DNA from: Candidatus Thorarchaeota archaeon
GTDB taxonomy: Archaea > Asgardarchaeota > Thorarchaeia > Thorarchaeales > Thorarchaeaceae
Length of the DNA stretch: 32,000 nt
Direction: 5' to 3'
NCBI GenBank assembly: GCA_008080745.1
Contig: SHMX01000003.1
Coordinates: 90,001-122,000 of the forward strand
Shown: positions 9,125 through 16,602 of the stretch, one piece after another
Layout of the letters: each line of letters opens with the position of its first letter
Position numbering within the stretch: position 1 is the first letter of the stretch
Translations under genes and position numbers: made by a program
Notes under the pieces: generated by a model
The model's input: only the letters and a program-made list of their open reading frames with translations
What the model was told of the DNA's origin: nothing
Database searches by the model: none

Positions 9125-10273
9125 ATGGCAATTGGTCAAACTCTGTCTGCGCAACTACAATTAGAGCCGCAAGAGGCAGGATCAAATCATACTGTATTCT
9201 CTCCTCCCGGTGTTGCTGTTGAGACCGCTAAGTACCCAATTATGTGGGCCGGAGTACTAGCTTCAACTCAAGCCTCAGAATGGCTCTCAATTTATGACCA
9301 CCCCATTGCGTGGGAAGGAATTCAAAGAGAAGCAATCTTAGCTATGCGTGAGCATCTTTATCGGTTTGTGGTCCCTATTAACGCCCGAGAGATGATGCCC
9401 AACGATAACGTTGAGGTTCTTCAGACCGTAGCCCTATCCGTGTCTCCTGTTACACTGAATGTGGAGGTAGGACCGCTACCTCCACGTACCCTTCAAACAA
9501 TTGGAGGCCTACTCCCTTCTAGTCCCCGTATTCAAGCAAAATCAATGAAGATTGTATCAGATCCTGAGATTAGTATTGTTGCAGAAAAAATCTCTCAAAG
9601 AGATGTACCTGCATCAGAGTCAATCTGGACCCTTCTTGATTTCGAGTATACTCTAGATCAAGTTGCAAAAATGACATCCCTTGGTTTGCTGGGTAAACTT
9701 AAGAGAAGAAGAATAATTCCCCTTAGGGCTGCCTATAAGGTGGTCATTGATAATTTCATTGATCGTGCTATTGCTGAGCTTCTAGATAAACCTGAAAGCA
9801 ATGACAGTAAGCTGTACATCTCAGATTTTCTTGGTGATTCTTTTGTTGTGGTTGTAAATCCGGGATCCCCAAAAGTAGATTATATACATCTCAACGATAC
9901 CGATATGATAAGAAAAAGAACTCTGAGTATTGACGGTGAACCTAGTGCCTTTTCCGAACCTAAGACCATGGTCTACGCAGATCATGCTCGATTCGCCTCA
10001 TATTCCTATATGTTAGAGGAGAAAAAGAACTCACATATCACAATTTTTCACCATTCACGACACAAGAAGAATGAGGTTCTTGGTCCATGGGTAACGAGAG
10101 CGGGAGTTGCTGATGCTTTCAAGAAGTCATCAGTCCACCTCGGAGACCCTGAAGTCACAAAGACCATACTAGACTCTCTACTTGCACCAAACTTAGAATA
10201 CTGGACAAAGGACACAAGAATTCTGAATAGAATGAATCTTGAGGAAACTCCTTATGGACTCGTTTTGAAGTAA
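9125..10273 (+). CDS. Nre (DUF650/DUF651) DNA-repair family protein, divergent
   Basis: SPPGV...YP, DHPIAWEG, ALSVSPV and SLGLLG..RRRIIPLR align by eye to Nre motifs SPPSV..GYP, D.P..W.G, AlS.kPV and SaGLLG..RrlVPTRW. Confidence 0.8.
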   Translation: MAIGQTLSAQLQLEPQEAGSNHTVFSPPGVAVETAKYPIMWAGVLASTQASEWLSIYDHPIAWEGIQREAILAMREHLYRFVVPINAREMMPNDNVEVLQTVALSVSPVTLNVEVGPLPPRTLQTIGGLLPSSPRIQAKSMKIVSDPEISIVAEKISQRDVPASESIWTLLDFEYTLDQVAKMTSLGLLGKLKRRRIIPLRAAYKVVIDNFIDRAIAELLDKPESNDSKLYISDFLGDSFVVVVNPGSPKVDYIHLNDTDMIRKRTLSIDGEPSAFSEPKTMVYADHARFASYSYMLEEKKNSHITIFHHSRHKKNEVLGPWVTRAGVADAFKKSSVHLGDPEVTKTILDSLLAPNLEYWTKDTRILNRMNLEETPYGLVLK

Positions 10274-10290
10274 AAAAAAGAAAAAAAGAA
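10272..10290 (-). terminator. U-rich terminator tract for the zinc-ribbon membrane operon
   Basis: A-rich run on + (T-rich on -) just downstream of the stop at 10305. Confidence 0.55.
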
Positions 10291-10304
10291 GAGAGGAACT
10301 AGTC

Positions 10305-11264
10305 CTAAATCTCTTCCTTTGCTTCCTTTCTGGATACACCCTTGTACAGAAGGGCTATACCAATGACACTGAAAAGTGAACCACCAACATATCCTCCGCC
10401 TGGGAGAATATTGAACTGGTAGGCTGCTGCAATCAGTACAATACCAATGAGAAGCATAATCAGACCAAAACCAATACCCATTGCTCGGAAAGCCATGGAT
10501 CTTGGATATTTACTCTCAATGACATAACCTGTTGCGGCTGCAACGGATGCTTTGTACTTCTTCTTACCATAACGATAAGTCAATTCCCAGACCGGTACAT
10601 GAATCAAGAAGGTCTCGCCGACATCTATATTGTCGTTTCGTGACTCAATCTTGTCAACCTCGTCAAGAACCAAAGCTGTCTGCTTATCAAAAGCGGTTTG
10701 ATGGGCTTTCTTCTTAGCCTCTTCCTCTCCAATTTTACTATGGAGTACTTTACCATCGTATTCCTCTGCATGAGCGTGACTAAAGTATTCCTTCGCTCTA
10801 GAGGGAATGGGAAAGTTCTTGATATCTTCATCAATCGTTTCAATTCCAGGGATATTGATTTCGTGTCTCCTTGTGAACTGACCAGATTCGGGTTTATAGA
10901 AGAAATCAATTCTCTTGTAAGCACCACGTCGCTGGGGCCATTCATCGTAGAAGTTTGCATCTCTACCAAGACCTTTGTAGGTAGTGTGAGCATCCACTCT
11001 ACTTATCCAGAACGGATAGAATATGAGCTCGTACTTCACGAAGTGTGCTGCAATTGGTAGGTCCTGAGGAGCCCCTAACTGCTTTGAACACCAGTCTAAC
11101 AAGGTGGTCTGAGCTGTGTGTTGATCAAAGTGAACACGAATCATGTAGTGATCTTTGAACTTGGCACCCTCTTGGGTCTGAGCAGTCCCACAATAGGGAC
11201 AAACTAAGAGTACATCACCAGGTCCGGTCTCAAAATTTGCTGAACAAAATGCACATGTAACCAT
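10305..11264 (-). CDS. YdjG-like zinc-ribbon membrane protein (paralog 2)
   Basis: N-terminal CAFC..CPYC, central FYPFW, C-terminal HVPVWELTYRYGKKKYKASVAAATGYV, then two TM helices. SD GGGGTGA 4 nt upstream. Confidence 0.8.
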   Translation of the reverse strand: MVTCAFCSANFETGPGDVLLVCPYCGTAQTQEGAKFKDHYMIRVHFDQHTAQTTLLDWCSKQLGAPQDLPIAAHFVKYELIFYPFWISRVDAHTTYKGLGRDANFYDEWPQRRGAYKRIDFFYKPESGQFTRRHEINIPGIETIDEDIKNFPIPSRAKEYFSHAHAEEYDGKVLHSKIGEEEAKKKAHQTAFDKQTALVLDEVDKIESRNDNIDVGETFLIHVPVWELTYRYGKKKYKASVAAATGYVIESKYPRSMAFRAMGIGFGLIMLLIGIVLIAAAYQFNILPGGGYVGGSLFSVIGIALLYKGVSRKEAKEEI

Positions 11265-11268
11265 TTGA

Positions 11269-12294
11269 TCACCCCTTCTTCTCCCGCTGAGTCATCAGCA
11301 AAACGCGAATACCGAAGAATGTCATAACTACACCAACAATGGCCATTACAATTCCAATGAGTAAGGTTGTCGTTTCGGTGGCAAGTCCTATGAATCCAAG
11401 CTCTCCACCCACAGTTGCTAAGACAATGCCGATAAGACCCAACAAGGTCCAGAGCATTCTCTGTGCCTTTGTGATTGGTATTTCTCCCAACACAACCTTA
11501 CCAGTCTTGCCATCAATAGCGCATTTGTATAGGTCGCCTTCAAACTTGTATCTTATCAACGAGAATGGTGCTTGTAAATATGTAGTCCCACTGACATTTG
11601 TCTGGGTTCTACAATCGAACAGCTCGGTCAAGCCACTTTTCGCCTGACTCCTATGTCTGTCAGCAACTCGTCCATGAACCGTAGATTCAAACTCTTCTTG
11701 CCCAATCTCTGCATTTAGCATGTCTGGTTCCAAGTCTTTGATTGACTCGAAATTATATTTCACTGTCTTAGACAGATCTATCTCTGCAAGATATTCTTCA
11801 AGCCCATACAACCGAGCCCCTTTTCGGGCCAGCAATCTCTCATCAGTATTGCTGTGTATCTCGTCTTGTACTGGCACATATCCAGTTTCGTAATCCGTGT
11901 ATGTTTCTGTTCGCCAATTACCATCCGAGTCTCTGACTCGTCTGGTCTTCTGGACTGGTACTTGGACTGTTTTATAGCCTTTATACCAACTATCTGCTTT
12001 TACTTTGGCTGTCCAGACCGGGACATAGATAAGTCGATTTTCAACCACCTCAGCGCCCGTAATCAGGGAACTGTTGATTCCTTTGTTTTTATCAAGGAAC
12101 TTTCGGAAGGCCTCAAGACGCGAATCTGCATCCACGGCCACTTCCATCAGGTGTTCTCCGATCTCCTTTCCATCGATTGTGGTAGTACTACCACAATAGG
12201 TACAGGTGATCACAACATCATCCGGCCCGACTTTGACATTACCATTGCAGACAGGACACTTGAACATATCCGGTGCCTGTGCTTCAGATGCCAT
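11269..12294 (-). CDS. YdjG-like zinc-ribbon membrane protein (paralog 1)
   Basis: CPVC..CTYC, YVPVW, APFSLIRYKFEGDLYKCAIDGKTGKVVLGEIP, then two TM helices. ATG 12294 is preferred over TTG 12300 from SD spacing. Confidence 0.8.
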   Translation of the reverse strand: MASEAQAPDMFKCPVCNGNVKVGPDDVVITCTYCGSTTTIDGKEIGEHLMEVAVDADSRLEAFRKFLDKNKGINSSLITGAEVVENRLIYVPVWTAKVKADSWYKGYKTVQVPVQKTRRVRDSDGNWRTETYTDYETGYVPVQDEIHSNTDERLLARKGARLYGLEEYLAEIDLSKTVKYNFESIKDLEPDMLNAEIGQEEFESTVHGRVADRHRSQAKSGLTELFDCRTQTNVSGTTYLQAPFSLIRYKFEGDLYKCAIDGKTGKVVLGEIPITKAQRMLWTLLGLIGIVLATVGGELGFIGLATETTTLLIGIVMAIVGVVMTFFGIRVLLMTQREKKG

Positions 12295-12323
12295 CGTCAA
12301 ATCTCCATAATCAGTAACTGACA

Positions 12324-12350
12324 GAACTCAGTCTGGAGTTCTATTTAAGC
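12324..12350 (-). promoter_or_regulatory. TATA box (TTAAATA, 12344-12350 on -) with adjacent inverted repeat AGAACTC-N6-GAGTTCT (12324-12343)
   Basis: Perfect 7-bp arms abut the TATA element, upstream of the YdjG-like operon. Confidence 0.55.
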
Positions 12351-12394
12351 TTACGTAGATATAGTCCGTACACGTTCGCAGCCCTTCATACCAA

Positions 12395-12592
12395 TTAAAT
12401 ATCAAATTTCTTCTTTCCAATCAGTAATAGCACAATTACGAGAAAGATATAGAAAGAATAGAAGAGAGTCCAATATGATATCTCTCTGTGAAGCATTAGC
12501 AAAGCTAAAAATATCAGAGATCCTACCACCCATGCTACCACTTGATTGAAATTTTCAAGCTTGGGATAGTCTTCTGCCATAAGCATTAACAT
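12395..12592 (-). CDS. Small two-TM membrane protein
   Basis: Two hydrophobic segments and a KKK positive-inside tail. GGAG SD at 12597-12600; the true start may be 12586 or 12580. Confidence 0.6.
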   Translation of the reverse strand: MLMLMAEDYPKLENFNQVVAWVVGSLIFLALLMLHREISYWTLFYSFYIFLVIVLLLIGKKKFDI

Positions 12593-12959
12593 CTGACTCC
12601 GAGAAATCGCTTCTGTTTCTCAAAGAAATGCCTGCCTGGTCTTGTCAAAAAAAGTTTGACTCAAGTCCTCAAGTGTGGATTTTGAGAACAGTCTTTTTCG
12701 TTTATTTGTTGAGTGGGATTCCTGTAATTATTTTGGCGAGAATTTTTTTCATAATATCATGAATTCTCTCTATCATAATTAAAAGTAAGGTGTACAAAAC
12801 ACAAATACCATAGTGAGTACAAGGACTACCACTCTTTCCTTGTTTATCCATAGGAAATTTATCCAAAAGAGTAAGATCATTAAATTTGTAGTTATTCCAA
12901 GTTATATGACTACGAATACTACATCTAAATATCAATTTCTCCTCAACACAACATTACTA

Positions 12960-12978
12960 TATCCTTTTTTCAAGGATA
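12960..12978. promoter_or_regulatory. Inverted repeat TATCCTT-N5-AAGGATA directly upstream of the HTH-PAS gene
   Basis: Perfect 7-bp arms ending 6 nt before ATG 12985. Confidence 0.4.
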
Positions 12979-12984
12979 AATAAC

Positions 12985-15900
12985 ATGCCTCAATCATACC
13001 AAAGAGAGTTAGAAAAAATCAAAGAAGTTCTTAGAGAGAATCCAAGAGGCATGACTATTCTCGATGTTGCAAATAGTATCGGTATGAATAGAAATACAGT
13101 AGCTCGCTATCTTGATGTCCTCAGAATTTCAGGTCAGATTGAGATGAGAGCATTTGGCTCAGCAAAAGTATTCTTTCTCTCACATAGAGTTCCAGTTTCA
13201 GCACTCATAGATTTTTCATCAGATGCCCTAGTAGTAGTAGATGAGCATTTGAAAATCATTCAGGTAAATGAGAACTTTCTAAATATGATTCAGATGAAGA
13301 GAAAGGATGTTGAAGGACTATATTTGACCGATTTGAAGTCTTCACTTTTTAGAAAATCATCGATAGTAACTAAAATAAAAGAGGCATTCGATGAAAAAAC
13401 GAATCAGGATATACCATTTGAAGCGTCCAGTGGTTCACAATATTTCTTAGTTAGGACTATTCCAACGTCTTTTGATACGGGTAGTCCTGGAGTAACAACT
13501 ATTTTTGAGGATATAACAGAGCATAAGAGAGCAGAGGAAGAACTACGAAGGAGTGAGGAAAAGTACAGGACTCTGGCGGATGAATCTCCCGTGGGTATCG
13601 TGATCTTTATTGGAAACGATATAAAATACATCAATACTGCTTTTTCAAAGATGGTGGGACGGAATAGGGAGGAGATATTAACCTTTCAAATCAACGATAC
13701 ATTACAATATGTTGATGAACGAGACCGTGAGAGAATTATAAAAAGAATAGAAAAATCAGATATATCGTTTAAGGAAATGGAACTCATTCGGATCATAAGA
13801 CCGACCGGGGAAACGCGCTGGATTGAAGCACGAAGTAACACCATAATATATGAGGGACAACAAGCAATTCAGGTGCTTCTAATAGACGCAACCGATAGGA
13901 AGCTTGCTCAAGAGGCACTGGAGGAGAGTGAAAAGAAACATCGTACCCTTGTTGAATCCATGTCAGATATGGTTTTTGTGTTTGATAAAGATGATAGATA
14001 TGTAGAGTACTATTCGTCCAAAGATGCTGAATTGTATGCAGAACCAGATGAGTTTCTAGGCACTCATATTTCCAAGACATTACCTCCAAATGTTTACAAA
14101 CCATACATCGAGTATGCAAAAGTAGTAAGAGATACTGGACAAAAAGCTCAGTATGATTATGAATTGAAGATAAATGGCAAAAACCAATGGTTCGCATGTG
14201 TCCTAACGAGATCTGAAGAACAAGGCAACATAATCGCTTCTGTCCGGAACATAACTCAGAGAAAAGAAATTGAGCAAGAATTAAAGCAGGTTTTAGAAAG
14301 AACCCAGAAACTGGAAAGTATTGTTAACAGAGGACCAGTAATTGTGATATCACTTCTCATTGATAAAAAATTAACAGTCAAATTCGTTTCTGAAAATATC
14401 AGCCGTTTAGGTTATTCAGCGGTAGATTTTATCAAGGAAGATAGAAACTGGATTGACATAATCCATCCAGAAGATATTGGAATGGTGAGAGAGCAACTAA
14501 ATCAGCTTGAATATTCTAATCAGGAATCTAATCAGATTTATCGGATAATAACCAACGAAGGTGATATTCGATGGGTGTCTGTGGCAATTAGAGTGCTATC
14601 AAATCGAGATGAAAAACCTGTTCATATTCAAGGAATTATCCACGATATCACTGAACAAAAAGAAGTATTACAAGCTCTTGAGGATAGCGAACAGAAATAT
14701 CGCTCTCTTGTAGAGGAGTCTTTACAGGGAATAGTTGTTTTGCAGAATGGGAAAGTTGTTTTTGCAAATGATGCTTATTGTAAAATCACTGGCATGCATA
14801 GAGAAAAATTGTATGCTATGGAACCAGAAGAAACCTGGAAGGTAATACATCCAGAAGATGTAGCTAAACTGAAAAAACGGAATAAAACTCGTGCACAGGG
14901 AGGTTATGTGAACCCATATTTTGCATTTCGATACATCATTTCTGATGGCAGTATTAGATATGTAGAATCATACTCCAGTATCATCAACTACGGAGGTAAG
15001 GAAGCCTTACAAGTTCTCGTAATTGATGTGACTTCTCAGACTGAGGCTGAGGTCGCTTTAGAAGAATCAGAAATCAGATATCGTTCCTTAGTCGAGACCT
15101 CACTTCATGGAATAATTATCATGCAGGGGGATAGATCCATCTATGTCAATAATGCGTTTTGTCAGATTATTGGACTTGCAAGGGAAGAACTACTTGATAT
15201 GAAATTCGATGAGATCAAGAGATATATCCACCCGGATGATAGAGAAGAAAGGGTGTTGAGATTTAGGAAATGGATTGATGGTATAGCGACCGAGAATAAA
15301 TCAGAGTTTAGATTGATTAGACCATCTGGAGAAATCCGTTATGTCAAAGCCTACCTTTCCTCTATGGAAGTTAGAGAAGATCGAATGATGCAGGTTCAAA
15401 TCATAGATATCACAGAACGAAGATTAGCCGAAAAGAAATTAGATATGGCTCAAGAATCCAAACAATGCCTATTAAATACAATTCAAGACTTTCTCTTCGT
15501 TCTTGATGTTGACGGAAAAATTATCGAGATAAATCCTACAGTTACTAAGCATCTTGGATATTCAAGTGGAGACCTTATTAACACTGATTTTTCGAAATTG
15601 TTTTCAAAAGAAGAGCAAATCAAAACAGTTCTAGAAATTGTTCTCCACAAAGGCTCCGCAAAAAGAAAACAGATAATCAGGTCCAAATATGGAAAAGATA
15701 TTCCTATCGAAACAAATTTTTCGATAGGTCCTTGGCTGGGAAAAGATGCCATCCTGGTACTAGCTCAAGATATCACGGAACAAGTAGAAACAGATAAGCT
15801 GATGTCCCTTCAGCGTGAATTAGGATTCAAACTAAGTTTCATGTCAGATCTTACTGAAGCATTATCATATATTCTAGAAGTTATTTTGAAGGAAGGAGGA

Positions 15901-16287
15901 TTAGATGCAGGTGGAATCTATCTGACAAATTTCGAAGAAAGAAAACTGGAACTCTTTGTATCAAGAGGGCTCTCCGCCAAATTTACCAGCAATATTATTT
16001 CCGTTGATTTTGATAATGATTTGGCTCAACCAGTTCTCACAGGTCAAAAGTCATCTTATGTTTTTGCAGAGGATGACCTACCTTATGAAATACAGAAAGA
16101 GGGCATTAAATCTGCAGTTTCAATTCCCATCATTCTGGTTGGAAAAATTGTAGCAATTATTAACCTTGCTTCAAGAAAAGAAGTAGCACTAGCTGAAAAT
16201 ACTCTGAGAATAATCGAAGCTATTTCTAACTTGGCTGGAGAAACAATTCTTCGAATGCAGAATAAGGGAATATCTCTCGATATATAG
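12985..16287 (+). CDS. One-component regulator: winged HTH - 7x PAS/PAC - GAF, no kinase domain
   Basis: N-terminal NPRGMTILDVANSIGMNRNTVARYLDVLRISGQIEMRAFGSAKVF (wHTH), seven PAS/PAC units, and a C-terminal GAF (GGIYL...SIPIILVGKIVAIINLAS). Confidence 0.92.
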   Translation: MPQSYQRELEKIKEVLRENPRGMTILDVANSIGMNRNTVARYLDVLRISGQIEMRAFGSAKVFFLSHRVPVSALIDFSSDALVVVDEHLKIIQVNENFLNMIQMKRKDVEGLYLTDLKSSLFRKSSIVTKIKEAFDEKTNQDIPFEASSGSQYFLVRTIPTSFDTGSPGVTTIFEDITEHKRAEEELRRSEEKYRTLADESPVGIVIFIGNDIKYINTAFSKMVGRNREEILTFQINDTLQYVDERDRERIIKRIEKSDISFKEMELIRIIRPTGETRWIEARSNTIIYEGQQAIQVLLIDATDRKLAQEALEESEKKHRTLVESMSDMVFVFDKDDRYVEYYSSKDAELYAEPDEFLGTHISKTLPPNVYKPYIEYAKVVRDTGQKAQYDYELKINGKNQWFACVLTRSEEQGNIIASVRNITQRKEIEQELKQVLERTQKLESIVNRGPVIVISLLIDKKLTVKFVSENISRLGYSAVDFIKEDRNWIDIIHPEDIGMVREQLNQLEYSNQESNQIYRIITNEGDIRWVSVAIRVLSNRDEKPVHIQGIIHDITEQKEVLQALEDSEQKYRSLVEESLQGIVVLQNGKVVFANDAYCKITGMHREKLYAMEPEETWKVIHPEDVAKLKKRNKTRAQGGYVNPYFAFRYIISDGSIRYVESYSSIINYGGKEALQVLVIDVTSQTEAEVALEESEIRYRSLVETSLHGIIIMQGDRSIYVNNAFCQIIGLAREELLDMKFDEIKRYIHPDDREERVLRFRKWIDGIATENKSEFRLIRPSGEIRYVKAYLSSMEVREDRMMQVQIIDITERRLAEKKLDMAQESKQCLLNTIQDFLFVLDVDGKIIEINPTVTKHLGYSSGDLINTDFSKLFSKEEQIKTVLEIVLHKGSAKRKQIIRSKYGKDIPIETNFSIGPWLGKDAILVLAQDITEQVETDKLMSLQRELGFKLSFMSDLTEALSYILEVILKEGGLDAGGIYLTNFEERKLELFVSRGLSAKFTSNIISVDFDNDLAQPVLTGQKSSYVFAEDDLPYEIQKEGIKSAVSIPIILVGKIVAIINLASRKEVALAENTLRIIEAISNLAGETILRMQNKGISLDI

Positions 16288-16350
16288 AAAACTATTCGTA
16301 AAAATAAATAATGCTGCAAGGCAGCAATGCATAACAATCTGCACGCTAAT

Positions 16351-16365
16351 CGAAGGGTTTTATAA
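16351..16365 (+). promoter_or_regulatory. Archaeal BRE/TATA-like promoter (CGAAGGG-TTTTATAA) pointing into the intergenic hairpin cluster
   Basis: TATA at 16358-16365. Canonical spacing places the start site near 16386-16388, the first base pairs of hairpin 1. No + strand ORF follows. Confidence 0.55.
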
Positions 16366-16384
16366 CTTCAATATAGGTACCAAA

Positions 16385-16591
16385 CGTGAACAGCAGCTGC
16401 ACAAAATCTGATGGTCCCTTAGGCACACACCAAAATCATCAGAAGTAGCTGTTCGTGACTTGCTCGCATCAAAGTGGTTCGGCCTCTCCGCCGAGCCACA
16501 CACTATCTATCTTCTTTAGGGGCTAATATACACTATCCACATCATATCGAAAGATAGTGTGACAGAATCACATATGGACTCTGTGATTTTG
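16385..16591 (+). ncRNA. Candidate structured non-coding RNA (four hairpins), family unknown
   Basis: Helices 16385-16457, 16474-16499, 16530-16560 and 16563-16591. Six G-U pairs on + would be A-C mismatches on -. An upstream TATA is present. Confidence 0.55.
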
Positions 16592-16602
16592 CATCTAAAG
16601 TA

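Noticed and set aside
12702-12935. 77-aa minus-strand ORF in AT-rich DNA with a CTHYGIC motif
   Set aside because: No SD, no recognisable family, and it lies in the probable promoter region of the 12985 gene. It cannot be fully excluded as a small protein.
16474-16499. GTGGTTCG resembling a tRNA T-arm
   Set aside because: No TTCRANY loop closed by a 5-bp stem, and no acceptor or anticodon arms. The bases form a plain 10-bp hairpin instead.
16385-16510. H/ACA or C/D guide RNA, or hammerhead, interpretation (ACA after hairpin 2; CTGATGA on the - strand)
   Set aside because: No ANANNA hinge and no pseudouridylation pocket in hairpin 2. No downstream CTGA D box, and no GAAA positioned after a stem II for a hammerhead.
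16288-16602. SECIS element or selenoprotein readthrough
   Set aside because: The flanking genes end in TAG/TAA with stops soon after, and no in-frame TGA interrupting a recognisable protein was found in the window.
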